From Bdellovibrionales bacterium (GTDB lineage: Bacteria; Bdellovibrionota; Bdellovibrionia; Bdellovibrionales; UBA1609): a DNA stretch of 64,000 bases. The first letter of the stretch is position 1. Each line of letters starts with the position of its first letter. The translations under genes were made by a program, and so were the position numbers. The DNA lies in contig OZ244719.1 in assembly GCA_965219095.1 (NCBI GenBank), positions 32,001-96,000 of the forward strand. Direction: 5' to 3'. This document shows, in pieces, positions 30,828-40,039 of this stretch. The notes beneath the pieces were generated by a model, which saw nothing but the letters and a program-made list of their open reading frames with translations, was not told where the DNA came from and searched no databases.

Positions 30828-32765
30828 TTAATTTTTGGAAATGGTATTAGATTCCAGTTCTTTGACTTTTTCATAAAGAAAAGAAGCTTTAACTTTTTCC
30901 GGAGGTATGCTTTCTCCTACATTTAAAATGACTTTTTTCCAAAGCATCCAAGGAAATCGCCTCATCAGATGTACAGGGTTAAGACTAAAGAGGCTTTTCC
31001 AAAGACCGGATAATGCCATAGGTATAACAGGAACGGGGCTTTCTTTAATAAGACGTTCAATGCCGGGACGAAATTTATTCATCTTACCATCATGTGTAAG
31101 GCATCCTTCAGGAAAAACACAAACAATATGTCCGGCCTTTAGCTCCTCTTTCATTGTTTCAAAAGCTTTTTCCATAACTTTTGAATCTTCTTTAACTTTT
31201 GCAATAGGAATCACTTTAGCGGCCTTAAAAATAAAATTTATAAAAGACAGTTTAAAGATCTTATAATTCATAACAAACCGAACAGGTCTTCGACAAGCAC
31301 TTGCTATAAAAAGCCAATCTACGTAAGTAACATGATTACAGACGAGAATAGCCGGCCCTTTAAAGACGAAATTTTCCTCATTTTTAACTCTAAATTTGTA
31401 AACAATTTTAGTCAGTATCCAAGCTAAAAAACGAAGGAAGAATTCTGGTATGAATTTGCAGATAAAAAATGCAACCCCTAAATTTAAAACAGCTAAGACA
31501 AAGAAGATTTGAGGAGGAGTAAAATTGAAATGGTAAAGAAATATAAGAAAAAAGGATGAAATAATTATAGCAATAGCGTTGAGAATGTTATTGCAAGAGA
31601 TCATACGCGACACTTCTTGCTTTTTACATGAAGACTGTATAAGAGTATTAAGGGGTATAATATAAAATCCTGCAAATATAGATAACAAAAATAAATTGAT
31701 ACTTATGAAAAAGCCATGAAAGCTTTGTAAAAAGTCTAGAACACCATAGGTTATGGAGCCTACAGCTTTAGGTTTACCTATGAAATAAAGACCAAGAGTA
31801 AATAAACTCATCCCTATGGAACCTAAAGGTGTAAGGCCTATTTCTAGCCTTCTTCCAGAGAAAAGTTTGCATAAAAGTGATCCTATTCCTACACCTATAG
31901 AAAAAAGAGTAAGAAAATAAGTCACTGTGTATTCATTGACATTCAATGTATGTTTCCCATAATGAGGTAAAAGAGCCAGCATACAAGCTCCTAGAAACCA
32001 AAACCAAGACACACCTAATATAGATAAAAAAGTCACTTCGTTTTTATAAGCATTTTTAATGATGGAAAGAGTTGGTTTTAGAGGCTCCCAATTCACTTTT
32101 AACTGTGGATCTCCTCTAGGAACGGGTAAAACAAACAAGGAAGCTATGTATCCTAAAAAAGCGATCAAAAGAATAGAAAAACACACCCACCAATAAGGTT
32201 GAATTGTAATCTCTAACAAATTTCTTCCTCCTATGTTCAAGCTCCAATTAGTGGTTTCATTAATGGCAACAGCCATACCTCCTAAAATTGTTCCTAGTAA
32301 AATAGCTAAAAATGTTCCTGTCTGAAAAAAAGAATTGGCTGCTACGAGATTTCCATTAGAAAACACTTGAGGCAAATAAGAGTATTTAAGAGGTCCAAAA
32401 AACGAAGATTGAAGACCCATAAAAAAGAGAGTTACAAGAAGAAGTCCTATATTCTGAGTAAAAAACCCATAAGTCCCTAAACCCATAACAATGCACTCTA
32501 AGACTTTCGTTAATTTTATGATGTAGTTTCTTTCAAATTTATCAGAAAGCTGTCCTGCTATGGCTGAAAAAAAAAAGAAAGGCAGGATAAAAATAGCTCC
32601 GCAAAGAGCTATGAGTTTTTCTGATGATAAACCTAAAAGGGTACTTGATTGAAAAATAATAAGAATCGATAGAGAGTTTTTAAAAAAGTTATCATTGAAG
32701 GCACCTAAAAATTGAGTGATAAAAAGAGGAAGAAACTGAGGGCTTTTAAGAATTGTTCTAGACAT
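30828..32765 (-). CDS. MFS transporter fused to a PlsC acyltransferase (LplT/Aas-like)
   Basis: TQFLGAFNDNFFK, FGPLKYS; NHVTYVD, FPEG; last codons supplied by an IS630 end. Confidence 0.92.
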   Translation of the reverse strand: MSRTILKSPQFLPLFITQFLGAFNDNFFKNSLSILIIFQSSTLLGLSSEKLIALCGAIFILPFFFFSAIAGQLSDKFERNYIIKLTKVLECIVMGLGTYGFFTQNIGLLLVTLFFMGLQSSFFGPLKYSYLPQVFSNGNLVAANSFFQTGTFLAILLGTILGGMAVAINETTNWSLNIGGRNLLEITIQPYWWVCFSILLIAFLGYIASLFVLPVPRGDPQLKVNWEPLKPTLSIIKNAYKNEVTFLSILGVSWFWFLGACMLALLPHYGKHTLNVNEYTVTYFLTLFSIGVGIGSLLCKLFSGRRLEIGLTPLGSIGMSLFTLGLYFIGKPKAVGSITYGVLDFLQSFHGFFISINLFLLSIFAGFYIIPLNTLIQSSCKKQEVSRMISCNNILNAIAIIISSFFLIFLYHFNFTPPQIFFVLAVLNLGVAFFICKFIPEFFLRFLAWILTKIVYKFRVKNEENFVFKGPAILVCNHVTYVDWLFIASACRRPVRFVMNYKIFKLSFINFIFKAAKVIPIAKVKEDSKVMEKAFETMKEELKAGHIVCVFPEGCLTHDGKMNKFRPGIERLIKESPVPVIPMALSGLWKSLFSLNPVHLMRRFPWMLWKKVILNVGESIPPEKVKASFLYEKVKELESNTISKN

Positions 32766-32932
32766 TAATCAAGCTTATTTTAGCCTCTATTTGATTTTTA
32801 CAAAAAGAAATTTATTGCGTCATAGTGATTTTTTTTTTAAAAAAACTGGACTTTTCTCCAGTAACAGCCCTATCATCAATATCCTCTCATTTGATTTTTA
32901 CAGAAATCCTTATGAAAAAATTTAAATATACT

Positions 32933-33459
32933 CATATGGATGACCATCAGTCAAGCAAGAAAAGTAAGTCATTGACAAAAAAGTTTTTCAAAAATGAGTC
33001 TTCTGTACTATCAACCTCATATCCGCATGCTGGTTAACGCATTAAGATGATACGAAAGAACTTTGCCCCTTAATCTGATTTCAACGACTTTGCTATGTAT
33101 ATAGTGAATACGCTTAGATTTTCAGGTTTTTTCTCTAGAGAATCGACCAGAAAATCTAAACGGAAGCACTATATAGTCTAGGACGGCGTAAAAGCTCCAA
33201 AAAGACTTAAATAAATTTTTTTATGTTTTGACTTACCTCCTACCCTAAAAATACAATCTTTAAATATGTTTCAATGAGTCGAATGAGTCACTTTATTGAA
33301 ACACTCCCATACAAAACCCAACATCTCTCTAGCACAAGCTACTTTGACTTTGTTAATAGGTTTACCACTATAAATCATTTTATGTGACTTTTTGATAGAC
33401 GTTTTATTAATCCCTAACTGCAATTCACTAGTGCAACCTTTTCTTTCATCATAACTCAT
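32933..33459 (-). mobile_element. IS110/IS1111-type 3' remnant with long non-coding end
   Basis: KVKVACAREMLGFVW transposase C-terminus followed by about 340 bp non-coding DNA ending TTGACTGATGGTCATCCATAT. Confidence 0.7.
33100..33173. mobile_element. 74-bp miniature IS630 type-2 derivative, copy 2
   Basis: Same ends as 8016-8089, TA flanks, located inside the IS110 end. Confidence 0.8.
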
Positions 33460-33640
33460 AAGGAGTTAACCTTTAGTGCGTTTCGTTTTTACTGTTTGTT
33501 CTCTTGAAGAGACTTCATAAGAAACCGACTTACAAAAGAAGTGTCGTATAAAATTTAGACACTCGTCTTAACTTTAGTCGCTTTGCATCCTTGAAGGATA
33601 AAAAAATCAAGTAAAATCAAGGGATTAAAAAATGAAGTTT

Positions 33641-33656
33641 TGGCATAAAACTTGCT
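33641..33656 (+). promoter_or_regulatory. Sigma-54 promoter of the subtilase gene
   Basis: TGGCATAAAACTTGCT -24/-12 consensus, then a GAGGAG SD. Confidence 0.8.
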
Positions 33657-33685
33657 TTCTTTAAAGTAAGAGGAGAAATCATTTT

Positions 33686-35026
33686 ATGAAGCCGTTTAAC
33701 CTTCATTTTAAAACCTTTGTCTTCGTAAGTTTACTTGCCTTTTTTATAGGACATATGCATTCAGAAAGAAAAGTTATAGAAAAGCAAAGAAGTGCTAAAA
33801 ATCAGATGTTAGAAGATGTTATCTCTGATTCTCATAAGATAAGAAATGAAAATTTAGGAAACCCACAGGTGATTTTCAATAATAAAACAAAAAATAAAGC
33901 TCATAAAAGTCATGTTTTAATCAACGATCCTGCTATTGAAGCCCAGTGGGGTCATAAGCTTCAAGAATCAAAAAAAGCTTGGAAATTAACTCAAGGAAGT
34001 CACGATGTTGTAGTTGCTATTGTGGATACAGGTGTGGATTTAAATCATCCTGATCTTAAAAACAACGTTTGGATGAATCAAGGAGAGATAGGAAAGGATG
34101 ATTTAGGAAAGGATAAAAGAACTAATGGTGTTGATGATGATGAGAACGGCTTCATAGATGATGTTCATGGATGGAATTTTGTAGATAACAATTCTAATGT
34201 TATGGATTTTCATGGACATGGGACTCATATTGCCGGCATTATAGGGGCCGAAGGGGGTAATAATGTAGGAATTAGTGGCGTGAGTCCTAAAGTAAGTCTT
34301 ATGGCCTTAAAATACTATGATCAAAAGGATCCTAGCAACAATCTTATGAACAGCATTAAAGCTATTGAATATGCTATTAAGATGAACGCTCGTATTATTA
34401 ACTATTCAGGAGGAGGTCTTGAACCCAGTGTTTTAGAAGAGAAATTTTTAGCTGAAGTAGAAAGGAAAGAAATTCTTTTTGTAGCAGCTGCAGGCAATGA
34501 GCATTCAAACTCTGATGTTAAACCTTACTACCCTGCTGATTATGGGTTTAATAACATCATCTCTGTGACGGCTATTGCTCAAGGTCATAAAAAGGATGGT
34601 TCAGGAGGTAATATTTTAAAAACAAGCAATTACGGTGTTTCTAGTGTGGATATTGCAGCTCCAGGACATCACATTTACTCTACCCTACCGAAAGGTCAAT
34701 ATGGTTATATGACAGGAACATCCCAAGCTACAGCTTTTGTCACAGGTGTAGCAAGTCTTCTTATGGCTTATAACCCCTCATTTCAGAAAGCAAGCTATAT
34801 AAAGAAATACCTCACCCAAACAGGAGATAAAGAGAAGTCTCTCATAGGTAAAACACGTTATCAGACTCGCATTAACTCCTACAGAGCTTTGACTATGATG
34901 GACTTAGAACAAACGGTCACAGGTTTGATTCCTGTGAATCAATCTGAAAGACAAATTGTTCATAATGAGGGTGACTCTCTTAAGACTATAGAGTTTGTTT
35001 TCCCTAAGAAAAATTCTATAAAATAA
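33686..35026 (+). CDS. Secreted subtilisin-family (S8) serine protease
   Basis: VDTG, HGTHIAG, AAAGN, TGTSQAT; hydrophobic N-terminus. Confidence 0.95.
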   Translation: MKPFNLHFKTFVFVSLLAFFIGHMHSERKVIEKQRSAKNQMLEDVISDSHKIRNENLGNPQVIFNNKTKNKAHKSHVLINDPAIEAQWGHKLQESKKAWKLTQGSHDVVVAIVDTGVDLNHPDLKNNVWMNQGEIGKDDLGKDKRTNGVDDDENGFIDDVHGWNFVDNNSNVMDFHGHGTHIAGIIGAEGGNNVGISGVSPKVSLMALKYYDQKDPSNNLMNSIKAIEYAIKMNARIINYSGGGLEPSVLEEKFLAEVERKEILFVAAAGNEHSNSDVKPYYPADYGFNNIISVTAIAQGHKKDGSGGNILKTSNYGVSSVDIAAPGHHIYSTLPKGQYGYMTGTSQATAFVTGVASLLMAYNPSFQKASYIKKYLTQTGDKEKSLIGKTRYQTRINSYRALTMMDLEQTVTGLIPVNQSERQIVHNEGDSLKTIEFVFPKKNSIK

Positions 35027-35066
35027 AGCCTTTTAAAAAACTAGAAAAAAGACTAAAATTATTTTC

Positions 35067-36599
35067 ATGGGTTTTGCTCTTTCTGTTTTATCAGGTGTTT
35101 TTATAGGCACAAGCTTTGTTCCTTTTTACCCTTGGGCTTTGTTTTTTGCTTTTGTTCCTCTGTGGTGTTATTGGCTTTCGCAAGATCAGCTCTCATTAAA
35201 AAAAGTTTTCTTCCAGGCATGGCTTTGTCAGTTTGTTTTGAATTTAATAGGTTTTTACTGGTTTGTTAATGCCTTTCAAAGTTATGCACACTTGAAGTTT
35301 TTGCCCTCTCTTTTGATTTTGTTACTTACTAGTAGCCTGATGACTTATTATATACCTGTCTGTGCTCTTTTGTGGGCCTATTTAAGAAAAAATTATCTTA
35401 AATCTCATTTGAATGCTCTTAGTCTTCTTGTTATTTTATTTTTCTTAGGAGAGGAACTCTTACCTATGATCTTTCCTTGGAATTTAGGTTATCCTTGGCT
35501 TTGGGCAAAATGGCCTGCTTTTCAGTTAGCTGAGTTTGTGGGTTTTTCAGGTTTGAGTGCTTTTACTTTTATTTTTAACGGTCTTCTTACGTGGGCTTTT
35601 TTTAAAAAAAATCTCAAACCTTTTTTTCTTTGCCTTAGTTTTTTTGCTTTATTTCAAGGCTCAGGCTTCTTAGTTGAGAAAAGTATAAAGCCTAATGATA
35701 AAATGCTTCATATCATAGCCATGCAATGGGAGTATGAAAAGGTAGCTCGTAGTGTGAAGGCTTCAAGTTCTCAAGAAGTTTTGGAGGAGTACTTAAGAAG
35801 GACAGAGCAAGCCCTTTCAACTCGTAAAAAAACCGTAGATATTGTAGCTTGGTCTGAAACAGCATTTAAAGGAATTTTACAAAAACAAGGACGAGACCCT
35901 TTGGTAAGAAGAGTGGTGAGGTTTGTAAAAGACCATAACATTGTTCTTGTAACAGGAGGTTATTATAAAACAATTGACAAAATTTTTACAGGATTTCTTG
36001 TTTTCGAGCCTAGTGGACTTATAAAAAAGTACTTGAAAAGTTATTTAGTTCCTTTTGGCGAGTACATTCCTTTTGAAAAACAGCTTAAACGATTCAAGAT
36101 AAGAGAAAAGCTTCCTCATTTAGGAAACTTTACAAAAGGAGATAAACCACATAACCTTGCAATCAATCTTCCCTCGAAACAAAACCTTCTTCTAGGGCCT
36201 CAGGTGTGCTATGAAGGCTTGATCTCAAGCTTTTCAAGAAAGCTCTCTTCTCAAAAAGCACAAGTTTTTTTCAACATCACAAATGACTCTTGGTATGGTG
36301 TTTCTTCAGAACCTTATCAGCATTTTCTAGTCACTATCGCCAAAGCCATAGAGTACAGAAGGCCTCTTGTTAGAGTGACAAATACAGGCCTTACAGGCTA
36401 CATTTCAGAAAAAGGAAAGTTTGTTTATGATAAAGACCTCTATAAAATGAAAGCGATTGATTTAAATATATCTTACTCTTCTCGAAGAGAGGCTACTTTT
36501 TATGAAAAATTTTATTTTTTGCCCTCTCTTTTGTTTCTTTTAGCACTTATTTTTATTATATTAAGGTGTGTGAGTTTTAGAAAAAATGAAAGAAATTGA
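35067..36599 (+). CDS. lnt: Apolipoprotein N-acyltransferase
   Basis: FPW..GY, WSE, LVPFGEYIP, VCYE, TNDSWYG, RVTNTG. Confidence 0.95.
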   Translation: MGFALSVLSGVFIGTSFVPFYPWALFFAFVPLWCYWLSQDQLSLKKVFFQAWLCQFVLNLIGFYWFVNAFQSYAHLKFLPSLLILLLTSSLMTYYIPVCALLWAYLRKNYLKSHLNALSLLVILFFLGEELLPMIFPWNLGYPWLWAKWPAFQLAEFVGFSGLSAFTFIFNGLLTWAFFKKNLKPFFLCLSFFALFQGSGFLVEKSIKPNDKMLHIIAMQWEYEKVARSVKASSSQEVLEEYLRRTEQALSTRKKTVDIVAWSETAFKGILQKQGRDPLVRRVVRFVKDHNIVLVTGGYYKTIDKIFTGFLVFEPSGLIKKYLKSYLVPFGEYIPFEKQLKRFKIREKLPHLGNFTKGDKPHNLAINLPSKQNLLLGPQVCYEGLISSFSRKLSSQKAQVFFNITNDSWYGVSSEPYQHFLVTIAKAIEYRRPLVRVTNTGLTGYISEKGKFVYDKDLYKMKAIDLNISYSSRREATFYEKFYFLPSLLFLLALIFIILRCVSFRKNERN

Positions 36600-38883
36600 T
36601 TGGTTCAAAATTGTAGAAGCTTTAAGTAAAAGAACGACAAGTCGTTTAGGCTCTCATCATATTTCACAGATCAAGCCCCTTGATTCTGTAAAGAAAGCTA
36701 AAGAGAGCTTTGAGAGAATAAGACAGTTTCGCATACTTCTTTTAGAGGGTTTGAGACCTCAATTAGCAAGTCTTGATTTCTTTGAATTATGGTTTGCAAG
36801 GCTCGCTAAAAATTCAACTTTGAAAGCTTTGGAAATAAAAGATGTACGTTCTTTTTGTCTAGAATCCTTGGATTTGAAGAAAACATTTAAATCCTTGGAA
36901 TTACCTTATTTGCAAGAACTAGCTTCTCAGATTTTTGAAGTTGAAGAAGTCCTCTCAGCTATCGATTCTTTGATCACACCTAATGGAAGCTTTAAAAAAG
37001 ATGCAAGTGAGGAGCTTTATCGCTGTACTCAAGAAAAAGAAAAATTAGAATCGAAAATTAAAAACAGACTCGACAAAATTGTAAAAGAGTACAATATGGC
37101 CACTCTTCTTCAAGACAAGTACGTAACTAATCGAGAGGGACGTTGGGTTTTGCCCATTAAAAGTAGCCGTCAGCATGACTTTGAAGGAATCATTCATGAT
37201 GCAAGTCAAAGCCGTCAAACAGTTTTCATGGAACCCCAAGAAATTGTGTCAATTAACAATGATTTAAGAAAACTTGAAGTCAAAATTGAAGAAGAAATAG
37301 AAAGGCTTTTAAAAGCTTTAAGTTCTTACCTTTATTCTTTAAGAACTGAGTTGAAAAAAGCCAAAGAAATTCTTTTAGAATGCGATCAAGAGATGGCAAA
37401 AGCCCAATTATCTATTGATTTGAAGGCTGAGCCTTGTAATTTTAAAGATAATGAGATCTACCTCCATTCTGCAAAAAATCCTATTTTGATTTTAGAATCA
37501 GAACATGTTGTACCCAGTACTGTGGAAATGGATGGAGAAAAAAGAATCCTTATGCTTTCAGGGCCTAATGCAGGAGGAAAGACCGTTTTATTAAAAACAA
37601 TTGGCTTAGCTGCCCATATGTCATCTTGTGGATTACATATTTGTGCTGGAAGTTCTTCTAGATTACCTTTTTTTAAAGAAATTTATATGGCTGTAGGGGA
37701 CTTGCAAAGCATTTCCAGCCACTTAAGTACTTTTGCAGCTCATCTTAAAGTTTTAAATCAAGCCACAAAAGCTTCAGGCTATAACAAACTTTTGCTGATT
37801 GATGAAATTTGTGGGTCTACGGATCCCGAAGAAGGCGGAGCTTTAGCTCGTAGTTTTATAGAGGTTTATTTGAAGAACCAAGTTTTTGGAGTGATTACAT
37901 CTCATTTAAGCTATCTTAAAGGCGGATGGGAAAAATCTTCAGGAGTTATCAATGGTAGCCTTGATTACGACGAAGAAAACTCTCGTCCCCTTTATCGTTT
38001 TGTCATGGGTATAGCAGGAAAATCTTTGGCTCTGCAAATAGCAAAAAATGCAGGTATTTCAGAAAGTATTCTCAAAAAGGCTATTAGTTTTTTAAGCCCT
38101 GGAACAAAAAAATATCATAAAAAAATAGAAAAAGATATAAAAGACAGGAAAGAAGTAGAGGATTTAAAGAGAAAGCTACTCAAAGAAACAAAGTTATACA
38201 GTAAAAAAAGACAGGATTATGAAGAAAAATTACATGCTTTAGAAAAGCAGACATCAGAAATCATTCAAGAGGAAAGACAAAAAGCTAGAAAGGAGATGGA
38301 TGAGATCATTTCAAAAGCAAAGGCAGAGCAGATTCTGAGCAATTATAAACATTTACAGAAAATGAAAGAGTCTATCCCTAAAATCATTAGTTCAACAGAT
38401 CATTTCGAATCTTCTTCTCTAGAAGAGTTTGAGAAAAAATTTAAACCAGGAACTCAAGTTTTCATCAAGTCTTTAAGCCGTACAGGGATTGTACAAAGTG
38501 CAATCAATAAAAAAGGAGAACTCGAAGTTCTTTCTCAGTCGTTAAGGTTTTCAGTACCTTGGACGGAACTCAAAATGACCACTCCCTCCTATGACAAAAC
38601 AAGTTCTTTTCAAAAAAGAAGCTTTTTAGACAAATCTGTTGCTGAAAGCAACGTATTAGATGTGAGAGGTTTATCTGTAGAAAATGCTATTGAAATGTTA
38701 GAAAAGAAAATTGATGAAGCTCTTTTAAAAGAAATGGACAGAATTAAAGTTGTTCATGGTCATGGAGGAGAGATTCTAAAAAGAGCCATAAGAGCATATC
38801 TTTCTAAAAGTCTTCATGTAAAAAGATGGACAGCAAGTAGTAAAGAAATGGGAGGAGATGGAGTGACTTGGGTGGAACTGTAA
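36586..38883 (+). CDS. mutS2: Endonuclease MutS2
   Basis: SGPNAGGKT, LSTF, DEICGSTDPEEG; Smr domain VHGHG. Confidence 0.95.
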   Translation: MKEIDWFKIVEALSKRTTSRLGSHHISQIKPLDSVKKAKESFERIRQFRILLLEGLRPQLASLDFFELWFARLAKNSTLKALEIKDVRSFCLESLDLKKTFKSLELPYLQELASQIFEVEEVLSAIDSLITPNGSFKKDASEELYRCTQEKEKLESKIKNRLDKIVKEYNMATLLQDKYVTNREGRWVLPIKSSRQHDFEGIIHDASQSRQTVFMEPQEIVSINNDLRKLEVKIEEEIERLLKALSSYLYSLRTELKKAKEILLECDQEMAKAQLSIDLKAEPCNFKDNEIYLHSAKNPILILESEHVVPSTVEMDGEKRILMLSGPNAGGKTVLLKTIGLAAHMSSCGLHICAGSSSRLPFFKEIYMAVGDLQSISSHLSTFAAHLKVLNQATKASGYNKLLLIDEICGSTDPEEGGALARSFIEVYLKNQVFGVITSHLSYLKGGWEKSSGVINGSLDYDEENSRPLYRFVMGIAGKSLALQIAKNAGISESILKKAISFLSPGTKKYHKKIEKDIKDRKEVEDLKRKLLKETKLYSKKRQDYEEKLHALEKQTSEIIQEERQKARKEMDEIISKAKAEQILSNYKHLQKMKESIPKIISSTDHFESSSLEEFEKKFKPGTQVFIKSLSRTGIVQSAINKKGELEVLSQSLRFSVPWTELKMTTPSYDKTSSFQKRSFLDKSVAESNVLDVRGLSVENAIEMLEKKIDEALLKEMDRIKVVHGHGGEILKRAIRAYLSKSLHVKRWTASSKEMGGDGVTWVEL

Positions 38884-39013
38884 CTTGTAATAGACGTCTA
38901 TCAAAAAGAAAAAATGGATAACCAGCCTTTTTGAAAGGCTGAGACTTAAAAAACCTGATTAAAAGAGTTAGACTCATCTAAGAAGTAAACTCATAAAAAG
39001 GAGCTTACTATTA

Positions 39014-39956
39014 ACACGAGTTTCGACTTTTATATATTTTTCAGAAGCCTCTGTTCTTGAGTTTTAAGTTGAATGGAGGGTTTTTTAGGTTTTAAGCAAG
39101 TAAGAGATAAGAGTACCTAAAAGATTGATGACAAAGTTTTGTGGATTGCGATGGCGAGAATGCTCAAGATGAAACTCTCCTTTTAACACTCCAATCACTG
39201 ACCTCCACAACAGAACGTTTTTTCAACATCAACTTGTCAAATAAGGGAATCAATTTATTTTCCATATTTAATTTGATATTTGTAATAAGCTTAACCCCCC
39301 TTCTTTAAAAGAAGTTTAAAAAGATCTGATGAAATATAACCTCTGTCCCTAAAGAGTTTTCCCATCAGCCCTTTACTATAAATCCATAACTTAGCTTTCG
39401 ATCATCTACATTTCCCGGAGTTAAGGTAAAACTTAAAAGTTCTCCTAGGTGATTGATAACAATATGGAGTTTAAATCCGAAGAACCAGTCTGTGACTTCT
39501 TTTACCTCTTTTTAGCTAACTTTTGAAACACCTTATTTCGTCCTATTCTTTTATTTTTGAAGAAAAATCGATGTGGAATCAATAAATGATATGCCTGTGG
39601 TTTTACTCATAAGGCTTGTCGAGAAAAGGAACATAAAAAAAGCTGTCTTTTTTTATGTTCACAAATCGAGAGTAAGACAACATTTTAGAAAAATAAGATT
39701 TAAGATAGACTTCTTATAAACTGGTAGAAGGCTTTAAAATTCCTAAAGCCTAAAACTTTGGAAAAGTAAGATAAAGAGTGACAATTTCTCTGGGAGATAA
39801 GCAGAAGAAAACCCTCTTTTGTTTTGAAAAACCAGATCTGGATTGTTGTACGAGAGGGGCTAAAAAATCATCGACAAGAACATAAATTGATATGATATAA
39901 TTAGAATTAAACAACTTGAGAATTGCAGAAAAACATATAAAAGTCGAAACTCGGGT
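39014..39956 (-). mobile_element. IS982-family element, degraded
   Basis: IRs AC(A/C)CGAGTTTCGACTTTTATAT; broken frames contain IYVLVDDF, FIDST, WFFGFKLH, VVEVS..HSRHR. Confidence 0.85.
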
Positions 39957-40039
39957 TAATAGGGTGAATAGCACCAATAAAATTAGCTACAGCCTAGGAT
40001 TTCCGAATTTTTCTAATAAAGCCTTTAACTCACTAATCC

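Noticed and set aside
30752..33039. 32-bp direct repeat flanking the MFS-PlsC gene as att sites of a cassette
   Set aside because: The repeat is better explained as part of the IS110 non-coding end caught between IS256 and IS630 ends
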